A DNA stretch of 62,221 nucleotides, from IMG/VR virus record IMGVR_UViG_3300008740_000006, positions 1 through 62,221 of that record, one strand, 5' to 3'. The notes below the pieces were generated by a model that saw only the letters and a program-made list of their open reading frames with translations, ran no database searches and was not told the DNA's origin. Every line of letters starts with the position of its first letter. Position 1 is the stretch's first letter. This DNA is from a virus (taxonomy: Duplodnaviria; Caudoviricetes). Position numbers and translations under genes: made by a program. Shown piece by piece: positions 48,001-53,994 of the stretch.

Positions 48001-48785
48001 CGACTCCGTTTGAACCGGGTATTATTTTCAAGTGGTTGCCGGAAAACATTGTTCGTGTTGCAATGGGTCAGACCCTGGATGAATCATTGGACGCTGCGAT
48101 GCATTCCACATTCTCCACGCTGAACTTCAATCCGATACCCCAAGCTGTTAAGCCTATTGCAGAGGCGGCTTTCAACATAAACATGTTTACGATGCAACCG
48201 ATTGTTCCTTTCTATATGGAGGGCGTTAAGACTTCGGAGCAGTATCGAGACACAACTCCTGCTGTTGCGAGGCTTCTCGGCAAGGCGGAAGTGGTGAGTC
48301 CCCTCACTATCGAGAACACGCTTCGTGGTTACTTTGGTTCCGTTGCAACGTATGCATTCTTTGCATCGGACTGGATTCTCCACCGTCCAGCCTTTGGCTT
48401 CACTACAAAGCCAACATCTCTTATGAGTCAGAAGCCTTTCTTCAGAAGGTTCCTCAAGAGTGGGCTTGGTACGAAGGATGCTGATTCTTTCTACGAGGTC
48501 AGGGGCAAGATCAATGAGGTAGTTCAAACTGTTAACATCCTCAAAGAGAGAGATCCCGGCAGAGCCCTCAAGTATGAGATGGAGAATGCAAATGTCTTGG
48601 TCTTCAAGGACATGGTCCGAGATATTGATAAGTCCTTGAGCGAGCTTCGCTCGCAGGAAAGGATGATCAGGCGAAGTGGTATGTCTGATGACGAGATGAG
48701 AGACGCCCTATGGAACCTGAACAACATGCGCGCCTCGCTGATGAGTATGTCTCCAGCAATGCGTAGGCAGATTAACAGTTGGTAA
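36024..48785 (+). CDS. Giant polyvalent virion protein: SLT transglycosylase, zincin metallopeptidase, glycosylase-like, ASCH, ART-PolyVal-like, PBECR-like and LPD38-like domains
   Basis: ESNF...GLFQL...AAYNAGPGAV...ETEDYV; HELIH at 39849; PWAERILSGEKTVE; FHGT...GIYLT...GYDGI; GERHI...H...TTAF; NFGRHG...PFTNSRIQG...IPTPFE. Confidence 0.85.
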   Translation: MIRSMAGRYTSSELEGFLSSATDLYGNPLSSGSISGANREDLLRYLEEESRKRGINPALAASMMEQESNFDPSIASRVNEDREGEYRAAGLFQLAPETARELGVSNPLDVRESIRGGLTYIDRLLTKYGDDPILAVAAYNAGPGAVDKYGGIPPYQETEDYVRRVTGSFEDSQGNTINRYEENMRRFGVPLPGEEEAPVDEVARAEPVEEEAEDTYELILPDGSFMNVPIGIDKEEARESAREAYPMAFRGEVSEEEESNMLDAGLSALYRSVYGIPIGASYVGALFGDDQEAFDLTSERLHGISKTAHGFAPGLTTLDDVSRAYEDEGVLDAAAKFIEFSGEKIGESLGFMLPSIVSGAALGWLGALAGSVIAPGVGTVVGGLTGRALGAVVGRTMGFLGTQVFNYLSMNIERGVENGQVSVDDYNLINQTMAAGTQAGLDGLLVLMAGGKVALGVGTEIATTAGRQAITRGGAQGLSKGGIEAVRNSFAQTMAGLEALSPVKRMGAVMLEESVAELGQQAIERGAAGLEVSPASKEARDEYLEVLLSTIGPSFAFGGIGGVSAKWSQTKQKRAEEGLVKSYEDRALVVNNQVKSAEEAEANELERVAGEAAEAGRIPLEASLLAAPTAADIHTIAKDRNINSEDAGFHQFSRRTVGKEHLDDMNAAELKQVYDKLASMPVQDARISFSVANNQDAIDVASRIRSNSSKKSGAIPLSDTDSQIRTAIQQTGKLNFKNVDKKVVDETVAAYRRAMVNLRLVEKKDGKLRLVRTRPTTSSALTEVEYDKVVDFINLEGRFPNPEEFGSITGIRNEEFYELAIQDAVNRNDIKLDKDGYVPVEPTSQREERFFLRVNGVTEDKSYRTEAQANEARGERIRSFEESAAARTREELAARGRGILPSRLTAPAEELAPSVEVVSADTPLLSSPKADLVTEYEYSVEESPQWVVRDDTAGSEPVGNYDNEEQARKKAKQLGDQKSWVVRDSNGVVVNTSGSRAESDAYIKQQSELAGGIARDTYRNRREGEGPYPTGRERVSGPELGDPRPGMLPRLRKEATWEERGLTQEEKKKARDKSNAIARSIHKGSRIAYERAKNKKRRELLAGREAVQRNYTYEREDGFVVNETTVTESGRRSKPATRAFFSGTDPSEAETQRQSYEASRVGGESFGGDLIEAGVTAENIRQLRDDPKGFAERLKPDGTNAPPAQEELLDRLAKAIEKELAGRNLRGIGVKIVRGMKGAEAGFNSVTRTISLSLDPGMENLSDKEILEELGRRTDHELIHSHRKSGLISPGEWKVFVRYARKVPIKASVLKRINDRRLENGLDPKPVSTTYYDLALDTYGVKGEAEGWFDDDYNEEAVAFMRQDFANDPAAITGKPAALFRRTASVIGKLRNALNGAGYKSDSEVFEVLWGKEMGNRLAADKMLDIWWLKRRNQPEYRDLVQYIVLAQEAGELGAAERAGALNQEGLARLELIRSRIGDAVLDPVAESKLRKYTDLFGKRKRIPVRYTDAPPEEDVEEGVVVEDQGTGRAALRREDLVQDDGVQSRARTGGEYGPNGDWYAGGQWIATTELPKRERSKIERSASKKEQVEFFEGGVEIDPGRIPIVARGGGTWLKPDGRLNYDFIERQGWSDQKIAEAESMSEAYLRGERFVGAVEHPILASFQDASRMILAGMSVPGAMLDKFSPDVRDRLERLAPQELGVPITEGTGRAALRRDITPEIQEAARQETSRGADAVADRMDAILPEAERLTDGSSTYTAGQPDGVPWTDLSQTELNERGAGIRDVGELREALVDIWQETLNRVSIAARDAVEETGASFSLLPEEVDAAFRLPLSAQLWYELGGETFGQNLPPLDNRTMGLFFDLIGATSARTEPRDNMYRAISVLSQVLREVPVDVDLAMTGPVGKALSRDGVDVTNLDGNKTGQFSGTLMLTSGMPVPVPFPVNDVWVGRIYDVTEKQLADNPSLHEVMAVHQTLLTKWINENSPQKIPHQPWQTQARNWVQLRTSDQGVDTSGSLENIRGNDYRSEWANMIQLLKSAGVGGIDGQKLSIDALLDPKLVDALRPTVPVFRKIPKATVEVGTLLTDTGRSARMLFDLAQSVGDKLSEREYLATLTGPMSASAKGKPTPWEELVRAITGRSDKLSRIVSARVNAPFAVAGTYEGAVAPNLRIPLGQILGAGVVLTDEQIEIFNAIAGEHLSQAAMAASHVRLLNDGEAVPEGSTKGYSVFLNGEIEMTEDLLRSLDQALPEGHSLSGYEVPGGYVLDVNPRWDDDGPLGISQDEIDAAIVSSGFDKLGIPVGVKRHAYRSVYTENTDYSVIKDRFTRGIFEDVIEELQRLGVGEEQASAAAVATRATGGETGFDLLGKVSAVTRGRAKTVLKRYGRRLRNLAHAEGAIQGIARDVEKRQQVYLEKASKRLIKAGHLDARRVQTSSFRSARDVRLGLPARRTISDQPIDPVASKTSETFPGTGEGRGFLSQLPPHLRDKTTGYPLSTKDTGRSAVRRGDVGVPDSFNQVLIVHGPWAERILSGEKTVETSGQSLKADGAAPGWVLLRDDSGRADGAAKLGKRILYNTEEEFLEDQDKHLVTKGDEFYFGNRVRTYGYPIEDVIRFDESVDIPPLGRDQRRIKPLGKPIGNPLSTEGTGRAAVRRELIGITPDDVSGISDTTFFHGTDATDLTTIRSGSEGGSLGNGIYLTPYAERATGWGRNVLPARVDIKNPLVVDTSTDDFRNPAVDLLVQLGVSEDGAFNIVEKEEEEYGYVRNKIRSRARSQGYDGIVQFVDGNLSEVVAFNKNQVSIQPAPLDTEGIGRAAVRREEMGILSPDQARAQARTASFDELTGKWSDGAFIPVGDWENSEFLDLSKGLIPSAREMNEKGKKFGDRVQKNRELDENGGWTDRNGRYRRLLDGTKARVRIDIPFFNETGKYVQSIHGEGSRLPGISVGYDSVVRLRGPVSFESDEVRAGEVLNEGEYKSPFATVEGELTQDRSRPKDIDKWTPVGFDPHKGVYFYDKKNGREVIGGTDAYSVGNTVYVREVEYGKRKLRASTRPRRSFVGRAAVRREESQDSVRNPSDRRSLSIPPWKEAEAKERRHDAGGLWPFTWGFIKFNAEGEYRKAGNGVPLLVPYGSTAKYGERHIELPRVLPNGTERPSHDEEIRNNTPYENWKEFIQGFARSMGLQPRGLKGGDIIPLHQPFDNKMVFFWDDAEFKSPGVVVMEYRNGEVVDGVELPDHYSLTTAFVSERYGENMPPPSKFTGPQRGKGVKTKSVMVFENYRRPEVAEAWWKTQSSKGRFAVDRSAAYSSVAQKDAVGKLVPQGEPNADSLIGRMIKAIMWRQEYDIPWIEEARMRYLDRYERIFTQGVSATEKRIEKMRADGKLGLTVYEMASVSAHAMALLVDRVGSLTENAMLFGIPVFSKLELPGGHASEGSVYIEETELVSETRSNIPVYNPETGSIEYGKHVAPNPDAWSGTGGIWKILGTIGRPDENRSVKTFAFGRAVRAYNKLKYENKPVPFDDETIREGLQIGWEDPEIVVAWENMQNWNKGVVKFLVDTETITKEEAAVWVEHADYLPFYLNLDGEMTEEMQRVFRDKLNKDSSYRFLDSILPTTPSKKYRGFSQGELVDPITALMRNTNALLTAGVQNLAARRAIRDQEIHEQARKVDAPTASTVSVREKGKVVHYEIDDEPMLRTMMGSFDGVAPEVHGLIKAASIPARVLREMVTRMPDFMFGNTGRDSVFTYNVHGTDKNPVSALYSSYSMLFERLINRYKGARTGDPTKGFSEIYSMIKRTGGVGGYEMRDTDLNSIQRKFMRGINQEKNVVAVIGKMWDALGEASNIAENIAREKVFRDSYESAKADYITMGLSEKDAGIQAMMEGGHQAVEALNFGRHGNSEGLKLLTSVVPFTNSRIQGLDVFARSGISGRNILRKDSKAARTALVRRGLYIAGMSMLYAMMTHDDDDFERQPLHVKADNWLIPLGPFASKDVKFLAIPTPFEPGIIFKWLPENIVRVAMGQTLDESLDAAMHSTFSTLNFNPIPQAVKPIAEAAFNINMFTMQPIVPFYMEGVKTSEQYRDTTPAVARLLGKAEVVSPLTIENTLRGYFGSVATYAFFASDWILHRPAFGFTTKPTSLMSQKPFFRRFLKSGLGTKDADSFYEVRGKINEVVQTVNILKERDPGRALKYEMENANVLVFKDMVRDIDKSLSELRSQERMIRRSGMSDDEMRDALWNLNNMRASLMSMSPAMRRQINSW

Positions 48786-49258
48786 ACATCGAGCAGAGGC
48801 TGACGCCCCACTTCACGCTGGGCGAGATGATTCAAAGCTCAACCGCTGTTCGCCTTGGGATCAAGAACATCCCAGGCAACGAAGAGATTGAGGCGTTGAA
48901 GTTGGTTTGCGAAGAGATACTGGAGCCAGTTCGTATGAACTACGGGATTCCGTTCAGCCCATCATCTGGCTACCGAAGCGTGGCACTTAACTCTGCGGTT
49001 GGAAGTAGACCGAACAGTCAACACTGCCTGGGTCAAGCTGCCGACTTTGAGGTTCCGGGTATAAGCAATGTGGATGTGTTTGAATTTGTTTCAAAGAATC
49101 TTTGCTTTGATCAATTGATACTGGAGTACCACAGGATTGGTAATCCGAACTCCGGTTGGATTCATGCTTCTGTTGCTGGTGTAAGAACCTTTGTTGTTTC
49201 CGATTCGAATAGATCAGAAAGACTGGTCTATGATGGTTTGAGTTATTCGGAGTATTGA
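48779..49258 (+). CDS. Endolysin, peptidase M15A family
   Basis: HFTLGEM...LEPVR...SSGYRS..LN.AVG...SQHCLGQAAD...FDQLILE...WIH. Confidence 0.9.
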   Translation: MVNIEQRLTPHFTLGEMIQSSTAVRLGIKNIPGNEEIEALKLVCEEILEPVRMNYGIPFSPSSGYRSVALNSAVGSRPNSQHCLGQAADFEVPGISNVDVFEFVSKNLCFDQLILEYHRIGNPNSGWIHASVAGVRTFVVSDSNRSERLVYDGLSYSEY

Positions 49259-49266
49259 GGAGTAAT

Positions 49267-49476
49267 ATGATGGATAGTGTTATGACATTCTTGAGTGGAA
49301 AGAAGACGTACATTCTTTTGGCGTTGCTGGCGATTCTCACATTTGTGAATGGCACACCACCGGGAAGCCTAGATCTTGGTGCCTTGCTTTCGGACAACAA
49401 ACTGCTGGAACAGGAACTGATGTTGGCCTTGATTGCTGCCGGTCGAAGCGCAGTTGCGAAGATCGGAGTGAATTAG
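49267..49476 (+). CDS. Holin (putative)
   Basis: LSGKKTYI + TM helix, second hydrophobic segment, RSAV end; GAGGAG SD; follows the endolysin. Confidence 0.7.
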   Translation: MMDSVMTFLSGKKTYILLALLAILTFVNGTPPGSLDLGALLSDNKLLEQELMLALIAAGRSAVAKIGVN

Positions 49477-49479
49477 GGT

Positions 49480-49686
49480 CTATCGCTTCTTGATTCTTAC
49501 TCTCTTCTTGATTCGCCGGGGAGGTGCAAGGTCTTCGCATTCCATCGGGGGGGGACAGATTGCAACTCTTACGGTTCGCTCCTGTCCTTGTACAATGATG
49601 GTCTTCTTGACTCTCTTGAGTTTCTTTACTTGCCTCTCTCTTTCGGGCGTACTCTTCTGTCGAAACTTCATCGATGATCTTGCCAT
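49480..49686 (-). CDS. Small basic protein in antisense orientation
   Basis: AGGAG SD 5 nt before ATG; K/R-rich 68 aa; fills the holin-spanin gap. Confidence 0.55.
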   Translation of the reverse strand: MARSSMKFRQKSTPERERQVKKLKRVKKTIIVQGQERTVRVAICPPPMECEDLAPPRRIKKRVRIKKR

Positions 49687-49707
49687 GTGTTCTCCTGGGA
49701 AATTGAT

Positions 49708-49917
49708 ATGGAAATTTTGATTATCGCTCTTGTTCTTGGTGCTGCTTGCTTGGCTACGATTGTTGGTCTATCGAGACTTCTTGGATACGCAGAGTCTGAC
49801 CGTGATCACTCCGAACTTGACATCAAGAATTTTGAAAGAGTTCGTGAGGCTTTGAATGAAGCATTACCGGAAGCTGAAGATACTGATGCTATCCGTGATC
49901 TTATTGATGATCGTTAA
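49708..49917 (+). CDS. Inner-membrane spanin-like (Rz-like)
   Basis: N-terminal TM helix then charged helix; overlaps the following lipoprotein gene. Confidence 0.55.
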   Translation: MEILIIALVLGAACLATIVGLSRLLGYAESDRDHSELDIKNFERVREALNEALPEAEDTDAIRDLIDDR

Positions 49918-50074
49918 TTGTGAATCGGGCAGTCGCCTGACACCAACGTGCATGGCTTGGTCTGAGGTGGGCACGGAAGAGTTGGTTGCATACATCGAGG
50001 AGCATGGACGAACACCGATGGTGGAAAGCATCTTGAGAGATGCTCAAGTGTGTCGGGCTCTCGGGAGAATCTAA
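49856..50074 (+). CDS. Outer-membrane spanin-like lipoprotein (Rz1-like)
   Basis: MKHYRKLKILMLSVILLMIVN-C signal peptide; out-of-frame overlap with the previous gene. Confidence 0.5.
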   Translation: MKHYRKLKILMLSVILLMIVNCESGSRLTPTCMAWSEVGTEELVAYIEEHGRTPMVESILRDAQVCRALGRI

Positions 50075-50352
50075 TGTTGTTTGATGACATACTTACATGG
50101 GACAATCTTCTTCATGTAATAGGTGGTGCTGCAATTGCAGGGCTACTCATTCCCGTCTATTGGAACGCTTCGCTGTTTCCATTGTGCGTGTTTGTTACTT
50201 GGTGTGCTTGGGGGCTGTTGAGAGAACAAGCCCAATCGAAAGACGAGGGATTTTTCTCTGGGACCAAGAACTTTCACAAGACATGCGAAGGATTGTCATG
50301 GGGATTTGGCGGATTGATTGTAACGATCATTCCGTTACTGTTCATTTTGTAG
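50074..50352 (+). CDS. Multi-TM membrane protein
   Basis: DNLLHVIGG...GLLRE...D/E-L..GFGG; three hydrophobic segments. Confidence 0.65.
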   Translation: MLFDDILTWDNLLHVIGGAAIAGLLIPVYWNASLFPLCVFVTWCAWGLLREQAQSKDEGFFSGTKNFHKTCEGLSWGFGGLIVTIIPLLFIL

Positions 50353-50423
50353 GTGGCTTCTTGTTAGTGTGAACTCAGTGTGAGTTGCGCTGCAACTGCG
50401 GGGAGCCTTGAAGCTACCTACTC

Positions 50424-50456
50424 GGGGGGAGTCGCTTAGGCGGCTCCCCCCTTTTG
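50424..50456 (+). terminator. Terminator ending the late operon
   Basis: GGGGGAGTCGC-TTAG-GCGGCTCCCCC-TTTT; preceded by long hairpin GTAGGTGGCTTC/GAAGCTACCTAC. Confidence 0.75.
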
Positions 50457-50461
50457 CGATT

Positions 50462-50493
50462 GCCCCGTTTCCACCGGGCGGGGCCACCCCGGT
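50462..50493 (-). ncRNA. H-type pseudoknot repeat, copy A
   Basis: ACCGGG-GUG-GCCCCG-CCCGGU-GGAAA-CGGGGC. Confidence 0.65.
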
Positions 50494-50549
50494 TCACAGC
50501 ACAACATGGTCACCCTGGGGGATGGGGTAGCGTTGTGCCGTGAAGAGTT

Positions 50550-50586
50550 GTCCCGTTTTGGAACCATCGGGCGGGACCACCCCGAC
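50550..50586 (-). ncRNA. H-type pseudoknot repeat, copy B (compensatory changes)
   Basis: GUCGGG-GUG-GUCCCG-CCCGAU-GGUUCCAAAA-CGGGAC. Confidence 0.65.
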
Positions 50587-50764
50587 ATGGTCGAAGGTAC
50601 TCGGCGCAGTGAAAGGGAGATAACTCCACGCCTTTCCCTCCGGGTTCATCGCGCCTCGCCCACACAGAAAACGAGGCACGATTCAATCGCACCTGACGCA
50701 TTTTTATCTTCGGCAGAAGCAGAATACGGCATGCCATTTGCCACACTTAGTCATTTCCATCCTC

Positions 50765-51301
50765 CTAGTTACTTCTTGTAGAAGGCGACCATTGCCTTCT
50801 GTGTAGAAGTGACGATCCAAGCAGGAATCGTCTCTTGACGGTGAATGGAGGTAACCAAACCTCTCCCGTGAAGTGCATCTTGTTACCAGGGAATGCAGCA
50901 ATTCTACGCGGACCATCTTGCGGTCTGTCAACATCGGGTTCGGTGTAGTAGTCCCAGTCCAGAACGACAAGTTTGCGCGTACCCTCCACTTCGATGCCGA
51001 CAACTTCTGCACCAGCATTCAACTTCGCCGTGGGTCTCTCGGACACCTTGAACGGATGAGAAGCTATCCACAGCAAGCTACCAGCCTCTGTTCTAGAGTC
51101 ACACTTCGGCCACCGCAGTTCACACATAGCCATTGCCCATTCGTACAAATTGCCTACTCCCTGTTCCAACGGTACGCCTCGCTCGCGATTACACTTGTGC
51201 CGCGTGCGAGGCTTCGCCGCCGCCTTCTCCTTGCGTCTTTTGCCAGAGTGAATCGGCAAGTCTTCAGGCGCGAACGATTCAGTCGATGTAGCGCGGATCA
51301 T
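50765..51301 (-). CDS. Hypothetical protein
   Basis: ATGA overlap with the HTH gene stop; 3' end uncertain. Confidence 0.45.
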   Translation of the reverse strand: MIRATSTESFAPEDLPIHSGKRRKEKAAAKPRTRHKCNRERGVPLEQGVGNLYEWAMAMCELRWPKCDSRTEAGSLLWIASHPFKVSERPTAKLNAGAEVVGIEVEGTRKLVVLDWDYYTEPDVDRPQDGPRRIAAFPGNKMHFTGEVWLPPFTVKRRFLLGSSLLHRRQWSPSTRSN

Positions 51302-51534
51302 CGGAGCCTTACCCTCCCACCTGTTGCTTTGGAGATCTTCCTGCATGTTTCTGGGGAGAACGCATGGCTCAACTTGCGCCTTTCTTCGTCACCATCAAGT
51401 TGTATCAGGGAAGGATTCTCATCTGCTTCTTGGCGGCGAACGATCCGGCTTATGAGTGATTGAGACAGACCGGCCAGCCTCGCGAAATTGTTTTGCGAGA
51501 TCTTCTTTTCACGCAAGTAGTCGTTGAGCTTCAT
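51298..51534 (-). CDS. Cro-like HTH transcriptional regulator
   Basis: MKLNDYL...ISQNNFARLAGLSQSLISRI...KATGGRV. Confidence 0.8.
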   Translation of the reverse strand: MKLNDYLREKKISQNNFARLAGLSQSLISRIVRRQEADENPSLIQLDGDEERRKLSHAFSPETCRKISKATGGRVRLR

Positions 51535-51540
51535 CGGATT

Positions 51541-51951
51541 CTAATCTTCGGATCGAAGCTTCCATACATGCAAGAGCCTTGCGTGATTCGTAGTTCGTTT
51601 CGACTTGCGAAACTCTCCGGTCGGTATGAACTCGCGAGTCTTGAACAGCGAACCCGCTGCTGGCCCAAGAGACTTGATGCCGTATCGATGCTGCAAGACT
51701 CTGCCCACATCATCTGCGGTGGCTGATCCTTTCTGCAGGCAGATCTCGTAAGCGATCCCCCTGGCTAGATCGAGCGACCGGACCTTGGACTTGGCGGCGA
51801 CCAGCATGCCATTCTTCTTTCTGTCCTCAGACTCTTTCTTGTCAAACAAGTTCAGAGGAAACTGTACCGGACCATCTTCTCTCATGTAGTACTCCCTTGC
51901 CAAGTTACCAAATGGCTTCGCATCTAATTGGAATTTGGGTACGTCTCCCAC
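51541..51951 (-). CDS. Hypothetical, winged-helix-like phage protein
   Basis: TADDV...AAGSLF...S.R..NHAR...VW; start uncertain. Confidence 0.6.
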   Translation of the reverse strand: MGDVPKFQLDAKPFGNLAREYYMREDGPVQFPLNLFDKKESEDRKKNGMLVAAKSKVRSLDLARGIAYEICLQKGSATADDVGRVLQHRYGIKSLGPAAGSLFKTREFIPTGEFRKSKRTTNHARLLHVWKLRSED

Positions 51952-52391
51952 TCACCCCAGGGCCACGGGCTTGCGCCCTTTCCATCCCAAGCCACACCCC
52001 AACCTTCCCGTATCAGAATGTCTTTGACGAGATCAAGACGCTGACCTCCTCGGATCACCTCTACGTCGGCCAGCACGATGGTGGGCTCGATCACCAGGGC
52101 CCGGGCCAGGGCAACCCGCAGCATCTCGCCACCCGAGTCGGGGTTTTTATGGGTCGTAATCTTGACCTCTTTGAATTGTCCGTTGCTGTCGCGGAGCAGT
52201 CGATCCACAAACTCTGTGCAAGTTCTTCCGTGGTGAGCCCACTCGCCGCGCGGCTCCGGGCAGTTAACACCGGCCAATCGCAGCCAGACTCGGTGAGTGA
52301 TTCGGAAACCCAGATCTAAGTCTACGATCATCGTGTCACCATCGACCACTCGGGTTGGCGTCGCGAGATACTTGTACTCAAAGCTATTCAT
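51924..52391 (-). CDS. Thermonuclease (SNase-like) with foreign 24-aa segment
   Basis: RVVDGDT...DLGF...RLAGVNCPE; the expected D.YGR motif is replaced by SGGEMLRVALARALVIEPTIVLAD. Confidence 0.8.
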   Translation of the reverse strand: MNSFEYKYLATPTRVVDGDTMIVDLDLGFRITHRVWLRLAGVNCPEPRGEWAHHGRTCTEFVDRLLRDSNGQFKEVKITTHKNPDSGGEMLRVALARALVIEPTIVLADVEVIRGGQRLDLVKDILIREGWGVAWDGKGASPWPWGEWETYPNSN

Positions 52392-52419
52392 TCACATTCC
52401 CCCACATCCGCTCCTTGTT

Positions 52420-52456
52420 GCCCCGTTCTCGTACCACCGGGCGGGGCCACCCCGGT
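52420..52456 (-). ncRNA. H-type pseudoknot repeat, copy C
   Basis: ACCGGG-GUG-GCCCCG-CCCGGU-GGUACGAGAA-CGGGGC followed by AACAAGGAG. Confidence 0.65.
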
Positions 52457-52585
52457 CCAACAGGAACTCTGCAACGAATCCCTTGGTACTTCTATTTCGT
52501 CCGCGTGTGTCCAGCGTTAATTTTTTGGGATGAGGCACTCGTTCACCGTAAGGTTAGAACCCTCCCTCATCCCCTTTGTGCTTAT

Positions 52586-52909
52586 TTAGAATTCTTCATC
52601 CTCTGATGCTGCATCAAATGCATCGCTGTTTGCGGCTACCGGATCTTCCCGTCTTTGTTCTGGTTCAAAGGTCACGAAGGTGTACTGGTTGCCTTGCTTG
52701 GAGGTTCGCTCCCAGGATGCACACCTCATCTTGACAACGTCCTCATCGGTTTCTTTTGCTGCCTCTACGATCTTCCTGAGTGCAAGCTTTGAGATCTCGA
52801 CCGGACCTGTCTTCGACGGATGCTTGTCGCTCTTCTTGTACTTGTTGGGATAGAGCCAGAGCTTTCCCTTTTCATCCTGAGTTGCGTAAGTTCCGTTTCC
52901 GTTTGCCAT
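52586..52909 (-). CDS. Single-stranded DNA-binding-like protein
   Basis: LYPNKYKKSDKHP..TG...ASWERTSKQG..Y; acidic tail ending EDEEF; follows the SSAP gene. Confidence 0.65.
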   Translation of the reverse strand: MANGNGTYATQDEKGKLWLYPNKYKKSDKHPSKTGPVEISKLALRKIVEAAKETDEDVVKMRCASWERTSKQGNQYTFVTFEPEQRREDPVAANSDAFDAASEDEEF

Positions 52910-52931
52910 TCTGCTCTCCTTGATTGTTGGT

Positions 52932-53639
52932 CTACGCCTGTGCATCAGGCAGTTGTTGAAGCTCTTTCTTTCTGTTTGAAAAAGCTTGCATCGTGATCTT
53001 GTGCGCCTCGGGATCTTCCTTCTCCATCTTCTTGATGACTTCCTTGTTGGATCGATACAGGTCCCTGAGTTCCTCAAGGTTCTTCGCACCGCTGGCGAAT
53101 ACATCCAGGGTCATTGCCACCTTGTTCTCCGGTACCTTCCCGTTCCCCTTTGGCCCATCCTTACCAGACTTCTTTGGAGACTTCTTCTTAGTTGTCTTGG
53201 TCGCACTAGACTTGGGCTTGGTTACTTCGGATGTCTCGGCGGGTACGTCATCGAAGTTCTTCTGGTACAGGTTGATGCCCAGTCCCCACATCGCACAAGT
53301 CTTAACCAGTGCGCGCTGCTTGCAGTCATTGATTGCTCGGGCATCGGGATTGATGATTGCGTTGTGCCGATAGTCCATGACTGGAAGATGACAAGATCGG
53401 GTGTGCAAGTTGATCTCAACGAAGCAATGAACCTCTGCGCTCCCGTCATTGAAGTAGTACACACCACCATTGTCATGATGGTGGTACCAGTAGCGAGCTT
53501 GTGGGTACTTGCTTTGCAACAAGATCCAAGCTGCACCCCATGCCAAGTAATCAAGTCCAGCCCTCGGCTCGACCCACTTTGAAACATCAACTGCTGTCAG
53601 TGTTTCCCAGATCTCTTTCGGTCCATGATCTTCAGACAT
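52932..53639 (-). CDS. Sak/Rad52-like single-strand annealing protein (DUF1071-like)
   Basis: LDYLAWGAAW...LPVMDYRHNAI...INDCKQRALVKTCAMWGLGINLY. Confidence 0.85.
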   Translation of the reverse strand: MSEDHGPKEIWETLTAVDVSKWVEPRAGLDYLAWGAAWILLQSKYPQARYWYHHHDNGGVYYFNDGSAEVHCFVEINLHTRSCHLPVMDYRHNAIINPDARAINDCKQRALVKTCAMWGLGINLYQKNFDDVPAETSEVTKPKSSATKTTKKKSPKKSGKDGPKGNGKVPENKVAMTLDVFASGAKNLEELRDLYRSNKEVIKKMEKEDPEAHKITMQAFSNRKKELQQLPDAQA

Positions 53640-53658
53640 TCTTTTTTCTCCCTTTTTG

Positions 53659-53994
53659 CTAATGCTCGATCCAGTACCACGCTTTCGCTTTGTTGCCAGC
53701 GGCAGCCTTGTACGCTTCCTCGGCAGATTTGCTCACCTCCGAAAGCTCGTCACGCCAGATTTTCCTGCAGATGCCGTCGCGCGGCTTGAGCCTGGAGATC
53801 ACGAAAGTGATCTCGGGGTCTGTGACTCCCGGGACTGATCGGTGGTAGTCCTTGTGCCACTCTTCGGTCTCGTTGTAGATGCCTTCCGAGCAGCAAAAAA
53901 ACTCCCCTGACTTGTCTAGGTAGTTGCGGGTGTGGGGGTTCAGCGTGAGTTTGACTGCGACTATTCCATCTGCTCGCTTTCGATATGCCTTCAT
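53659..53994 (-). CDS. Hypothetical protein
   Basis: 111 aa, GGGAG SD, ATGA overlap. Confidence 0.65.
   Translation of the reverse strand: MKAYRKRADGIVAVKLTLNPHTRNYLDKSGEFFCCSEGIYNETEEWHKDYHRSVPGVTDPEITFVISRLKPRDGICRKIWRDELSEVSKSAEEAYKAAAGNKAKAWYWIEH

Noticed and set aside
50494-50760. Small minus-strand ORFs in several frames
   Set aside because: No frame is clearly protein-like and the region is occupied by pseudoknot repeats; left uncalled.
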